Positions 12,779-26,006 of a stretch of DNA of 64,000 nucleotides are shown piece by piece (position 1 is the stretch's first letter; each line of letters opens with the position of its first letter). The notes beneath the pieces were generated by a model that searched no databases, had not been told where the DNA came from, and saw only the letters and a program-made list of their open reading frames with translations. A program made the translations under genes and the position numbers. The stretch spans positions 1,240,001 to 1,304,000 of the forward strand of contig NC_043003.1 of NCBI RefSeq assembly GCF_006345805.1. The letters run 5' to 3'. This DNA comes from Octopus sinensis. Lineage: Eukaryota.

Positions 12779-13021
12779 GGTGGCATAATTATTGCGGCTT
12801 TTTGCAACAAATTTTATTCAACAAAAACAATAACATGTATCAAAAACATCTTTAAATGATTATTCCGGAGCATATTCACCATCTACTTCAATTACTGCTT
12901 CCCATTTGCTTGGCAGACGGTCAGACCGTCATTTAAAGATGTTTTTGTTTATATACTGCTATTGTTTTTGTTGAATAAAATTTGTTGAAAAAAAAGCTGC
13001 AATAATTATGCACCAACCCAA
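12772..13021. mobile_element. Non-autonomous mariner (MITE), TA-flanked
   Basis: TIRs TTGGATTGGTGGCATAATTATTGC / GCAATAATTATGCACCAACCCAA with TA on both sides. The interior encodes RLPSKWEAVIEVDGEYAPE* on the minus strand (mariner C-terminus). Second copy at 26007-26262. Confidence 0.85.
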
Positions 13022-13029
13022 TAAAATTA

Positions 13030-13410
13030 ACTTTGAAATTCACAATAGAAAAGTAAAAAGCAAACAGTGAAATACTGAATTATTATAAGCTGCCGCTTAA
13101 GATCTTACTTTGCTGGTGCTGACCGCAGAACCTGTATTCAATCAGTGAATTAGATGCAAAATTAGGTGAAAAATTGTTATAGCATTTGCAGTCATCGCCC
13201 CCTTTTCGCGATGTTTTCTAACAAGATATAAAATAACTTGATTGAAGTAGCAGACACAGCTGTAAAAAAACAATATTAGATAACAAGCTCACGAGCTCAC
13301 TTTTAGTTACCATGGAAATTGATGGAATGGTTGATAGTTCAAACATTCCTCAGAGTTCCACAGTTTTAAGATATGAAAATTCAGAATGATGTGTATGTTT
13401 AGTCATACCG
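13030..13410 (+). pseudogene. Degraded hAT-like transposase fragment
   Basis: Interrupted frames give EIHNRKVKANSEIL, FSNKI*NNLIE and VTMEIDGMVDSSNIPQSSTVLRYE, resembling the hAT SNKIQNDLI and DETTD..N..QLS.VLRY motifs. Confidence 0.5.
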
Positions 13411-14084
13411 TTAACTATTGAATTTTGCATCAAGTAGTGTCAATAGTAACCATCAAACACTAATGTTTCGGTTGATATTAGCCCCATCAGTGATTGTCAT
13501 TAGACGCTAAATGGGAGCTTCTGTTCCTATTTATAGAAATCAGTCAACAAAACAGCGAATTCTTACTAATCTCCGCTGGTATACTTCTCAAGGTCATAGA
13601 GGCATACAAGCCCCCACACCGCAACAAAGTATGCTAATCATAGCACTAATTAAAATTGCATTTAGAAAACCAGATAGAAGTGGTGCAGCCTTGATCACTG
13701 TAGAATAAATATTTGTTTTTATTTTACAATTGAATCGACAAAATACTCCAGTGTCTCTCTTCTCGAAAGAATGCGTCGCGAAAAGACTGTGAAATCGTCG
13801 AGTGCAGGATCAAATCAGTTTGAAATTGCTCCGAGGGTAATTTGAAATCGACTTTATCCTAGTCCCCCCTCTTAATCCGAATGCAATTTTAAGTGTCAGA
13901 GAGGTCGGCTGAATGGCGGGAGGGGATAACCCGAAATCGCTTCACCGGAATAATTTGAAAGAAAAATATCAGCAGTGAATTTATTGGTGTGACTGTTTGG
14001 TATGCTATAGGCCTTAGAATATACCCATGTGATCCCTGCTATTTCTGGCATAATAAACGACCACGTTGAGGCGCAGGACCAACA

Positions 14085-14250
14085 GGTTTGAGGAACAGGG
14101 TAAGTCAACTGGTAATTATTTTATCGACCCTGAAAGAATGATAAGTAAATTTGAAGTCGGCGAAATTTGAATTCAGAACGTAAAGACAGACGAAATACCG
14201 CGAAGCATTTCGCCCGGTGTGCTAACGACTCTGCCAGGTCGCCGCCTTGC
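14085..14250 (-). mobile_element. SINE family A
   Basis: Reverse complement of the family A head and body. Confidence 0.8.
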
Positions 14251-14427
14251 TTTGATCAAATAATGAAAAGGAATATTTACTGAGCAAATAAGTATTATAG
14301 GACGAACAAAGGATACAAGGGAAAATTAGAAGCAAAATTTGTGCTCATTTGGATTGAAATGTGTAAACATCATTTAGAGACAAGCAGAAAACCGCCCGGA
14401 GGGTGATCTTACTGCTTGCCTACGTAA

Positions 14428-14468
<41 letters not shown>

Positions 14469-14799
14469 ATGTATGTATATTTACACATGTGCTGGAAGGC
14501 ACGATGCGTTACCAAAAGGTTTAGGCTCAGTAAATACTCCCACATTCCGCCTTATTCCAATATTCTACTCAATCTAAAAACAATCATTCAGAGATTAGCG
14601 TGCAGAGTTCGAGCCAGGTTATACAAAAAGAAACGCAGGAAACTTAACTGGTATTTCTATGTTTTATTGAACAAAACTTTCGCCACGCTGATTAACTCCA
14701 TTGCGCAAACCGATTGCAGCTCCATTGTAAGAAATAATTCCTGTTTTCATAAGTTTTTTCCCCAATAGTTTTCTTTGTTGCCAACACATTTTTTTGACC

Positions 14800-15230
14800 T
14801 TTACGTTCACTGAAGATTTCCCATATGAAAAACGTTTTTTTCTTTCTGCAATGAATTTTTCATGCGCTTGTCTCTCCTTTCTGTAACGCTGTCATAATGA
14901 CGGCCATTTAAACTTCTTTTGAACTGAAGAAAGTGATGACAATTGCCCGGTGCTATGTCAGGGTTATATGACGGCCGTAGAAGAATCGTGCATTTTTCAT
15001 GAATGGATTTTGGTGCCAATACGACAGCCATGAGCTGTTGCAATGCTGTAGTGAAACTTTCTAAATTTTCCCCGACATTTCTGTCAGATACCTTTCAATA
15101 AATTTTTAAGTGCTGCCACGTAGTACTGAACAGTCAATCTTTTGCCTGCGTTGAGTGATTCAATAGGAATAATACCTTTATAATTGTAAGAGAAACATAA
15201 ACGATCTCCTTGGTTCACCATCGTAAGCGC
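14800..15230 (-). pseudogene. Degraded mariner (DD34D) transposase fragment
   Basis: YKGIIPIESLNAGKRLTVQYYVAALKNLLKGI and LRPSYNPDIAPGNCHHFLQFKRSLNGR match the mariner YSPDLAPSD region. Confidence 0.7.
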
Positions 15231-15370
15231 ACACGAATGACATGACCGACCGACTGCGGTTAAGTGATGGAGAAACTGGTGTGAAGTCAGTGAAAATAAA
15301 AGTCATGGTATGTTGGCAGGTGGATATCCCTGGATTGGTTTCTTCATCGGTTGTTGTTTGTTGGCTGGAT

Positions 15371-15501
15371 CAGACGATGCCAGATAATACAAGACGGTAC
15401 CAGATAATACAAGACGATACCAGATGAACCAGACGAACCAGACGATACCAGACGATATCAGACGATACCAGACGATATCAGACGATACCAGACGATACCA
15501 G
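15371..15501. repeat. 10-bp tandem repeat (cagacgatac), degenerate
   Basis: About 13 variant copies seen directly. Confidence 0.9.
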
Positions 15502-15739
15502 CTGTGATTCTTCTTCATCTTTTGCCTTTTACTTGTTTCGGTCATTGGACTGCAGCCACCCTGGGGCACTGCCTTGAAAGGTTTAGTCGGACAAATCGAC
15601 CTCAATACTTATTTCTTAAAGCTTAGTACATATTCAATCGGTTCCATTTGCCGAGCCGCAATATTACAGAGAGGTAAGAAAAACAACACCGGTTGTCAAG
15701 CGATGATGAGGGGAAGAAACACAAACAGAAATACACACT

Positions 15740-16068
15740 CATGTATGTATGTATGCATGTATGTATGTATGTATGTATGCATGTATTATGTATGTATGTA
15801 TGTATGTATGTATGCATGTATGTATGTATGTAGTATGTATGTATGTATGTATGTATGCATGTATGTATGTATGCATGATGTATGTATGTATGTATGTATG
15901 CATGTATGTAGTATGTATGTATGTATGTATGTATGTATGCATGTATGATGTATGCATGTATGTATGTATGTATGTATGTAGTATGTATGTATGTATGCAT
16001 GTATGTATGTATGTATGTATGTATGTATGGATGGATGGATGGATGGATGGATGGATGGATGGATGGAT
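15740..16068. repeat. (ATGT)n/(ATGG)n microsatellite
   Basis: Seen directly. Confidence 0.95.
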
Positions 16069-16209
16069 GTCATTATTCAATATATTTCAAGATTTCTTGC
16101 CAATAGAGAAAGAACCGGTTTCTAACCTAGATTCAAGGTTCCTTCATTGAAATTTCAACATCAACAATAGGGCATTTTTGTTTGCATGTATGTATAATTG
16201 TAAAAGAAA

Positions 16210-16905
16210 TATAAAGTCATCCTCAAAGAAACAGTGTGTGATTTTGGTATTTCTGTTTCCCTGTGAACCAGTGAGATATCCTTCAGACTTCCTTGACATG
16301 AATGACAAGGGGTTTACAGAAAGTATAAACAACATCACAGAGAGGCTGTCTCCTTGGAATATGCCTTTGCGATTCTGTATTGTATTGGCGTTCAATATGG
16401 TGGTCCACGATACAGTCAGGCCAGTTACAGCTTTCACTATTCTCACGGGAATTTTAGCAAGTTGCAGGGCTTCTAGCATCCCTGAGTGGGGAACAGAGTC
16501 AAAGGTTTTCTTGTAGTCGAGCTACATTGAAACTAGGTTCCTCCTATGCTCTCGCACCTCTGACATCACAGTTTTGTTGATTAACAATTGCTTGGCACAT
16601 CTCTAGACTCCGTTCTTCCCCGCTGCTTGTTCTGCTGTGATGATGTTATTGGTTTCACAATGGTCCTGGGGCAAGAGGTTTAAACATGCTGCATATATCT
16701 TATACATTAAGTTCTGGCAGGCGATTTGTCGGTAGTTTTTTGCCATGTGGGTGGTTCTGCATTTGGGAATCATTTTTTGTTTCTGTCAGAGCTAACCAGT
16801 ATAGTATGCTATAGTTTCCATTGAAAGCTTGCTGGTACAGATTGATAAGATATGGTCGGTAGTAAGTTAGCTTCTTGTACAAATATCCAACAATCAAGTC
16901 TCTTC
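16210..16905 (-). mobile_element. R2-group (R4/Dong-like) reverse transcriptase fragment, degraded
   Basis: LDYKKTFDSVPHS...KGIFQGDSLSVMLF...HCFFEDD, i.e. RT motifs with the GIFQGDSLS signature. Confidence 0.75.
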
Positions 16906-17129
16906 CAGGTGCTTGACAACCGATGTTGTGTTTACGATCCCATAATTTAGCGGTTCGTCAAAAGACGTTGATAGAATTATTAGGATTACAAAGAATAAAT
17001 CCTGTGGTCGATTTGTTCGACCAACGGTGGTGCTCTAGCATGGCCGTAGTCATATGATTGAAACACGTAAAACAAAAGACAAAAAAACTATGCCATTTTT
17101 ATCCTGAGCAAGGCTGGGTATCTCTGTTA

Positions 17130-17192
<63 letters not shown>

Positions 17193-17639
17193 ATATAAAT
17201 GAGTCTCAACTTTCAACCTGCCGCACCCGAAGAGGACTAGAATCCGGGTCCCTCTTCAGTGGAAGATTTTAAATAATTAAAAAATAGAAGAGTCATATAT
17301 ATACATACATTCATACATACAGAAAACAAGGGAGTGAGAGCGAGAGAGGGGGTGGGGAAGAATGCGTGTATATTTGATTATAGTGTATAAAATATTTCCG
17401 TGGAAATATGTTTCTGTATCCTAATTTGGGCATATGTGTCTGCCTGTCAGCTTGTCTGTTTGTCCATCTGTCTGCATGTCTGTGTATAGGTGTGTGTGTG
17501 TGTGTATGTATGTGTAAATATTTGTACCAAGCCGTATGAGGGCAAACATTGTTAGCATATTTTCGTAAAATACCTGTTAGTGACCAGTCTCTGGCTGCAA
17601 TTAAAAAGTGATTACGAAAGAAGTATTATTTCCGTTGTT

Positions 17640-17757
17640 AATCTCTAACCAATGCTGGGTTAACGGCATTTCTTGTGAAATGAGTGGGTTCGCGAGTAAA
17701 GCAACGAAACACCTTCAGCAAGATCAAAATGGCGGACCAATGATGACGAGGTTAAGT
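17640..17757 (+). promoter_or_regulatory. Possible promoter: YY1-like motif between two CCAAT boxes
   Basis: CAAAATGGCGG at 17725-17735; CCAAT at 17649 and 17737; donor-like GAG|GTTAAGT just downstream. Motifs only. Confidence 0.2.
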
Positions 17758-17967
17758 GTACTTTATCTGCTTCAGTTTATATCCGCACACAACAAAACAC
17801 ACAACGCAGGCACGCATATACACCCACGCACACATACACACACATATACACACGGCGAGCACTCGCACACACACATACACACACACACGCAAGCACGCAC
17901 ATACGCACGCACACATATATACACATACATGCACACAACCATACACACATATACACACACACTCACA

Positions 17968-18008
<41 letters not shown>

Positions 18009-18514
18009 ATCTATACACGAGTTTATATGAGGGCATATACGTAAGTCATGTGCTAAGGCGACGAAATGACACAATTGTTAACCTGCAACGACAAGACGCT
18101 CAGCGCCATTTTCTTACATTCTGAGTTCAAAACTCCGCCGAGGTTGACTTTGCCTTGCATTCCTTTCGGGGTCGATTGAATAAATACCAGCTGAGCACTG
18201 GGGACCATAACAGAGACGATGTATTTGAAGAGTGTCAGAACATATCTAGAAATCTATCTACAAATCTGAATGTATCAATTTCACACACGACGCGCGCACA
18301 CACACAGATGGATGGATGGATGTGAATATGTATGCGAGTGAGCGGACAGACGAAAGAAAGTGGCTCTGAGCACCGAGGGGTTACATGTTTTTAATAAGTT
18401 TGACTCGGCCCCAAAGGACTTCAAGTTTTCTGACGATGTAACACACGTTCATCTCATATATATGTAAATATATACATATACATACATACATACATACATA
18501 CATACATACATACA

Positions 18515-18593
<79 letters not shown>

Positions 18594-18799
18594 GTACGTA
18601 CGTACGTACATACATACATACATACATACATACATACATACATACATACATACATACATACATACACACACACATACATACATACATGCATGCATACATA
18701 CATACATACATACACACAAACTCACGCATACATACATACATACATGCATACATATAGGTGAAGAAAATGGATATAATAACATTGGGAATCTCGTGGTTT

Positions 18800-19500
18800 T
18801 CGCTGTTATGTCTTTAATTAATTAGATAACAAAGAAGGAAGAAGCAAAGATGAAGGTAGCATTTACGATCGTTTCAATTTACTGGTTTAAGTAAATCTCT
18901 TCAGAATGCGAGTATAGATAGATGCATCGGTTAGGATGCGAAAATAATTGATACATATGTGATGGTAATGTAAACGAATTGGTAATTCTTACATTAAATT
19001 TTGCTTTTGCACTGGTAAATTCGCTGGGGCGAGGTTTGCTTGTGGTAGACTGGTTAGTTCCGTTGGGTAATTAGGGCGGGGGCGAGTATTATTTATGTGC
19101 GGGTTTCCTAGTTTAATTAGGCACATTCTTTTCGCACGTGTGTATTCCATTTTATATTTTACAATTAGTTGTCACCGGCGGTGTAGGTGAAGGGGGTAAC
19201 CCTAACAGGGTGAAAAGGGAGCTAACTCATACCAAATTTTGGGTGGTTTGAAGATGTGTTATGGCTAATAATTGTCTTATTGCTAGAGTTCCTAGTGCTA
19301 GGAGGGGCCCTATGTATTTGCAAAGTGTATTATTATGGAATGATGGGGGCGAGTGGGTTTGCGGGGTGACTATTTGTGTGTAAGTGTTTAATGTGTTTCC
19401 CAGTTAATTAGACTTATATGGATGAGTATTCTAATTTGGGGTTATGAAGGCATAGAGGCCTGCATGAAGGTAATAGGGGCTATTCTACCGGTATTTCGAA
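18800..19500 (-). mobile_element. Probable old LINE 3' fragment (I/Jockey-like)
   Basis: Frameshifted LY-AFI-x-PKLEYSSI resembles the post-RT LY.AFIRPKLEY.S motif; strong C/A strand skew. Confidence 0.35.
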
Positions 19501-19521
19501 AATACATAAAGGCGCACGTGA

Positions 19522-19577
19522 AGACAAAAACTGTCGTTCTCAAATACAGAAAAATTTGAGGACGACAGTTTTTGTCT
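19522..19577 (+). ncRNA. Pre-miRNA-sized hairpin (23-bp stem, 10-nt loop)
   Basis: agacaaaaactgtcgttctcaaa-tacagaaaaa-tttgaggacgacagtttttgtct, fully paired on the + strand with one G-U wobble. Confidence 0.3.
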
Positions 19578-19707
19578 GAGAATCGAATGCCGAAGATGAG
19601 GCGTTATCGTGCCCGTAGCCGCAGTTCTAGCATCAGTTCGAGCTCCTGCATCCTATCACTAACGGATTGTTGCTTACGAAATATTGTCCTTAAGAAACTG
19701 GACTCAC

Positions 19708-19821
19708 TCTTTCTAGTGTGGATTTCTGTATTTCCTCCTCCAGCTTCACTGGTTCTATCATCTTCTTCTTTCTAAGTAGGCGCTTTACATTGCTTTGTCT
19801 TCAGCTTCAGCCGTTTAGAAT
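19708..19821 (-). other. Candidate spliced exon (114 bp)
   Basis: Strong acceptor tttccttttcttttttcag and donor AGA|GTGAGT in non-repetitive sequence. Contains ATG...MIEPVKLEEEIQKSTLER open to the donor. No homology recognised. Confidence 0.25.
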
Positions 19822-20355
19822 CTGAAAAAAGAAAAGGAAATTTTATTCTATTAAAAAAGTAAATTTCATTTTTAAAAAATAGCAATTTCAATCCAGTTTG
19901 TTTAAATAAATGTATTTAATATATTACGTATGAATATAAACATAATAAATATCTTATAATGGTTGTCTTAGTTTTTGAAATATAAAAAAAAATACGTATA
20001 TTTAATAATGAATGCATTAGTATTGTACTGCTAGTTGTCTTCCCAAATATAAAAAATAATGATGCTTTCAATTTATTTGAAATGAAAATGAAATTCAAAT
20101 GCAAGTAAAAAAAATACTTATTCATTTCAGATGTAAACGACATGTGTGTGTGTATGTATATGTGTATATGTACATATATATGTATATATTATATATATAT
20201 ATATTATAATATATATATATAAGTATTTGTGTATTACATATATATAGTATATATATATGCGTATGTGTATATATATTCATGTATATATATATATGCATAT
20301 ATATATATATGTATATATATGTGTATGTATCTGTATATATATATATTATATATAT

Positions 20356-20386
<31 letters not shown>

Positions 20387-20544
20387 GGGTAGGTAAGGAA
20401 TAAATATACTGAAAAATTATACCAAGTTTTCCAGCTTCCTATTTTGTTATATACATACATACACACATACATACACTCAAATACATACATACATACATAT
20501 ATACATACATACATACATACACACACATATATATATATACATAT

Positions 20545-20690
20545 ACAATGGGCTTCCACTCAGTTTCCGTCTACCAAATTCACTCACAAGGCCTTAGTCG
20601 GGCCGAGGTTATAACAGAAGACACTTGCGCAGGGTACCACTCAGTGGGACTGAACCTGGGTCCATATGATTGGGAAGCAAGCTTCTTGCT
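20545..20690 (-). mobile_element. SINE family C, 5' half
   Basis: Reverse complement of the head and CORE-like segment. Confidence 0.75.
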
Positions 20691-20712
20691 ACACACAGAG
20701 ACACACACACAC

Positions 20713-20793
<81 letters not shown>

Positions 20794-20832
20794 TATTATT
20801 ACTGTTGTTGTTGTTGTTGTTGTAAGTAAGTC

Positions 20833-21045
20833 CGCGTGCTGGCAGAATCGTTAGCACGCCGGGCGAAATGCTTAGCAGTATTTCGTCTGCCGCTACGTTC
20901 AGAGTTCAAATTTCGCCGAGGTCGACTTTACCTTTCGTCCTTTCGGGGTCGATGAAATAAGTACCAGTTACGCACTGGTGTCGATGTAATCAACTCGCCT
21001 CCTTGCCCCTAAAAATTTTCATGGCTTTGTGCCTAGAGTAGAAAT
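20833..21045 (+). mobile_element. SINE family A
   Basis: ctggcagaatcgttagcacgccgggcgaaatg...gttcaaatttcgccgagg. Confidence 0.8.
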
Positions 21046-21154
21046 TATATTTTGTTTTATTTGTGAAACACTCGTATATTGTTTTTAAAAAACCCAGCTC
21101 TGTATTCCTTCAATTTAGTCAGTTTCCGATTAATAAAATATATTCTTTAAAATT

Positions 21155-21490
21155 TGGCAAACGCGGTCATGGCTGTGTGGTTCAGTCCTACTGCGCGGCA
21201 CCTTGCGCATGTGTCTTCTATTTTTGCTCCTACCCGACCTAAGACAGAAACTGCGTGGAAGACGGTCGTGTGTGTCTGTGTGTATCCATGTTCGTCTTTA
21301 TTGGTCACTCACCATAAAAGACGTTCGTTTGTTGACGTCTCTTGTAACTTAGAGGTCAAAATTGACCGACAAAATAAACGCCATGCTTAAAAAAAAACAG
21401 ACAAATTTACTGGAGTCGATTTATTCGACCAAAACCCTTTGCCCCAGCCTGACTGCATTCCAATGACCGAAACATACAAAGATAAAAGAC
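21155..21490 (+). mobile_element. SINE family C, diverged
   Basis: Colinear similarity to 61125-61515. Confidence 0.6.
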
Positions 21491-21999
21491 TCCGAACCTC
21501 AGAACTATTCAAAACGTAGGAACCCAAAAAGCGTTAGAAACAAAACAAAACAGAAAAGCTATTATAAGCGTTAAATGAAGAAGAATCTAAGGAGGAATGC
21601 TTTGCAAGTCTGGTTGTAATGTCGTCTCGTCTGCTTTGTTTGTACGACTGCAATTAAAACAGGAAAGTTCAGTCGGTACACATTTTCAGACGCCTACGAA
21701 ATCGTGCAAATATTTATGGTGTATCTAAGGTGTTGTCAAATGAATATTGTACTCGTTTTGAGTCATTTGATAGCTTGCGTTTTAATAAATCTTTCCTAAC
21801 GAAAGTAAATAACAAAACGGGAAATAAGTAAACCTTTTGTATGTTGAGGTAAAAATCCCTGGTTTGCCGTTTGTCGACCTAACGAGTAAATGTTTTCATT
21901 GTAGACGTGGTGAAAGCCATGGTTCGATCCACATAAAAGGTGCCTTGTGCCATGGGGTCTTGTTAATATCTTATTTGATAAACATCAACACAAAAAATA

Positions 22000-22430
22000 A
22001 CATTACACCAGGTAAAACATAACATACGCCCACCCATCTCCTCTACCATCATTCCTGGGAGGTGTCTTTGGAATAGATTCCTCAGGCACCATCTCCGAAG
22101 GGTCGTCTCTGGAACGACCGTCATTACACTTTCCAGCTGGATTCCCAAGTGTGATCAATTGAGACTATAATTCCTATCCAACCATTTCGGCCTTGGTCTA
22201 CTTACAAAGTCTCCTACCGTTTGGCTCGGCTTCGAGAGTCCTTCGTGCGATTCCTCGCTGCGACATTCCAGTCACACGTCTCGATGCGGCGAAGTAACGG
22301 CTGGACATGGAGACACTCCTTCATCTGCAAGTTACGAACCCTGTCCAGTAATTTTTACCTTTGAGATCCTCCAGAGGAACCCTTTTTCGGCTGCTTGTTC
22401 TCGCAATTGTACTCCATCGGTTATCACTCA
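22000..22430 (-). mobile_element. RTE-clade LINE 3' coding remnant
   Basis: GMSQRGIARRTLEAEPNGRR / SRPRPKWLD...LGIQLESVMTV resembles the RTE C-terminal G.RP.GRPR.RW motif. Confidence 0.6.
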
Positions 22431-23781
22431 ACATTCATGACTATACGTGAGGAGAGACACTTAAACCGAAACGAAGGAAGCGAATTTAGCTTTTTTCACC
22501 AACAGTTTACAATATTTTCTTTCTCGCTTAAAAGCAAATAATCCGGTCATTCCCAATTGTGTTTAGCCGTGACAAAACAACTTCCTCCTCAGAAGGCTTC
22601 CAACCGATATATTACCAATCCCCGGTCTCAATAGCGCACAGGACAGAAGAGTGCGTACGTGGGGAACTGAAGCGAAACAATTATTACGTTCATTCATTTC
22701 GAAGGCATCGGTTTAACGTTTTTCACACCGATGCTTATTATGTTTGTCTTATACATCGGGGAAAGATTACATACAGACACATATGCACACACACACACAC
22801 ACACACACACAACACACACACACACACACATGCACACACACACCACACACACACACACACATGATATCCGACAATGTTACTTACTATTAAACTTTAAAGT
22901 TGCTGTAATATTGTTTCAATCTTAAGAAAAGCTAAATTAAGTCTTGTCTTGCAAGCCGTTAATTTTTGTCAATTAGATTAATTCGTACTCAGATATAAGT
23001 TAATAAAACTATCAAATAAAAATAGATATTCTGAGAATTTGAAGGAATTTCCCACGAATAGGGAACATCTGTCTATAGCATGTGTAATTTTTACTTAAAC
23101 GCAACGATAACTAGAAGACTGGAGGTCTTTTTAAACAATTGTATGAATTGTAAATGCAAAAATACGAGGTTAGTTTGTGCATCGTTTTATAAATTAAACG
23201 TTGAAACTGAAAGCGTAAGTAATCTTTATGTAGATAATGTAGAGTGAAGAAGTTGTGAAGTAGTTTGTTGTATAGTAAATATAAGCTTACGACATGGAGA
23301 GGGAAGTATTGTCGGGTTTAATTGGCAAATCTATGGAGAGAGCCTGAAAAATAATTGCAAAAAAGGAAGAGAGATAGAATAAAGAGATAGAGTAAGCGTT
23401 TCATAGAATTAGATTCAAAGACGGTTATGAGTTGGCGGTTTTTGTTTTCCTCTCGAAGAAATAAGTATCAGGAACTTACAATGGGCGTCAATGGGAATAT
23501 CCACTGCTATTTTGGCTCCAGGTCAATGATAAGTATTATACGCAAAATACTTCTTGGTCTCTCTCTCTTTCTTTCTCTTTGTTTCTTTCTGTTACACACA
23601 CACACGTACACACACACACAAACACATACGCGCGCGCATACATGAATAAATATGTGTGCATGGATACTGATGACAGTTGTCCTGCAGCTAAGCCTGATAA
23701 GATTTGTGGATTTGCCGACATAGTTTCATTTTAAACTGTACTTATAGATTCAGTTCCAGAATTTTAAATAATTAATGATAA

Positions 23782-24155
23782 AACAGGAGCACTCAGAGAG
23801 CACAAACCTCCGCCAAGGCAACACCAACTCCCTCTCAACGATTAGCCAAAGATGATTTTTAAAACGAGAATATCTGAAATAAACTCGATTGCTCTCACAG
23901 AGGAGAATACTAACAATGAACCCGACTGCTCTAAAAATAACGTAAAAAGGGGGGGGGGAATAATCCAGAATCCTTTCTGGTACCGGATCGATCCCAAAAT
24001 CTAATCGGTTCGCGTCAGTCACGAGGCCAAACATCCCTGAAAGTTTCATTTGAATCCATCCAGCGGTTCTTGAGATATCTTGTCACCACGAACAAGCAAA
24101 CGAACAAACACAACTGAAAACAATACCTCTGCCTTAGCGAAGGCGGAGGTAATAA
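23782..24155 (+). mobile_element. Non-autonomous Helentron/HINE-like element
   Basis: 5' subterminal ACCTCCGCCAAGG; 3' palindrome ACCTCTGCC-TTAGCGAA-GGCGGAGGT followed by AATAA; partial second copy at 62080-62235. Confidence 0.65.
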
Positions 24156-24589
24156 GTAGTGGGGTCGATTTGTTGGGTTAAAAACCCTGCAAGGCAGTGC
24201 CTCAGCATGGCCGCAGTCCAATGACCGAAACAAGCAAAAAATAAAAGGCTTCCGTTTAAGCACAACTGGACTAATCTTATGACCTTGGAACTCACCATTC
24301 TAAATAATACTGAAAGTTCCGCGAATTAATCTATTTTCTTTGACCATTAATGTTCGGATTCATGCTATTCCGACATTATTCATTCTTGACAGAAAAAAGT
24401 CGGGCCAAGGATAGAAATTAATGATTAATTTCATTGATTAAAATTTGGAAGAGGTCTTACTTTGACTGTTGCTTGTCATTTACATGTTAATTTGTTCACG
24501 TCATTAAGGGTATAGTTTTAATTAATTAACTAATTGATGTTTTTGGCTAATTACATCAACAATATCAGCGTCCAATTTATGGTTAATAT

Positions 24590-24990
24590 ATAAATTGGTT
24601 TCAAATTTTCACAGAAGACTAGCAATTTGAGAGGAGGGGTAAGTGAATTGCAGCGAAGCTAATGCTCAACTAATCTTTATTTTATCGATCCCGAAAGGAT
24701 GAATGACAATGTTGGCCTCGGCGGAACTTGAACTTAGAACGTCAAGCATTTTGCCCGGCGCGCTAACGATTCTGCCAGCTCGCAACCTTCAATATAGATT
24801 TTGGCACAAGGCCAGCAATTTAAGAGGAGGGGATTCAGTTAATTACATCGACCCCAGTATTCAGTGGATGCCTATTTTACTGACCTCGAAAGAATGGAAG
24901 ACAAAGTCGACCTCGGCGGAATTTGAATGGGTGAAATGCCGCGAAGTATTTTGCCCTGTGTGCTAACACTTCGACCAGTTCGCCCCCTCA
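24590..24990 (-). mobile_element. Two tandem SINE family A copies
   Basis: Two consecutive reverse-complement family A units. Confidence 0.8.
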
Positions 24991-25419
24991 CTGTTGATAT
25001 ATAAATCGCCAACAGATTCTGAGACGTTTGTTCAGTGGCGGCTCGTAGATAAAATTAGTGGCGGATGCTGCTTCAGAAAAAATTTAGCCGTTGTTTTAAT
25101 ACTGTGTAAAAGGAAACAAACATATAAAAAGAAAATTTATACATAAACTGGATTGCTTCGCGTTTCAGCCACTGCCGGGGATTGTGTTTAATTTGTTCAC
25201 TGAACACCGCTGCGAATTCCCCCCTGTTTTTCAAAAATCCCACCTAAAGCACAAAATCCTGGCAGCAACACGGTAGCTGGAAGCAGGATAATCAGAAAGG
25301 AGAAAGCTAATTTGAAGACTACAGATCCAATCCATCACTGGAACTGTAAAAATCTGTAAAACTTTCCGGAAGTTTAACATTTAAATATATATGAGCATGT
25401 CTAGATATGTAGCTGTATG

Positions 25420-25690
25420 CATTAGAATGCATACATAAAACATACAAATCTGCACATACATACATATATACATACATACATACAAACATACATACATACA
25501 TAAACACATACATACGTACATTAATTCATACACACACATACATACATAAATACATACATACATACATACATACATACATACACACATACACACATACATA
25601 AGTACATTCATACATACACACATACACACATACATAAGTACATTCATACATACATACATACGTACATACATACATACATACATACATATA

Positions 25691-25724
<34 letters not shown>

Positions 25725-25740
25725 CATACATACATATACG
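25420..25740. repeat. (ATAC)n microsatellite
   Basis: Seen directly. Confidence 0.95.
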
Positions 25741-26006
25741 TGTGTATATTTTAGAGGATTGGTGTCAGTTGTTTAGATAAACCAAAATATCAACGCATTC
25801 TGTTTACATTTGTAGTAAAACTGTGCTGAAACGTGCTGAATGTATGTTAAATGTAATCACAAAGAACATCGTATCATAAACAAGGTGTTTTGCACCTTTA
25901 CACATCCCCATGAGATTTCATTCATTAATTGTTAGTTCTCTGATAAGGGAGACCATATCACTTTACGTGGAACTAACACCAGTTAATGATAACACAACCG
26001 TATCTA

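Noticed and set aside
18800-19500. Mitochondrial insertion (NUMT), suggested by strand skew and a frame that is open under the invertebrate mitochondrial code
   Set aside because: The translation is hydrophilic and resembles no mitochondrial protein I recognise, and a LINE-like PKLEYSS motif is present.
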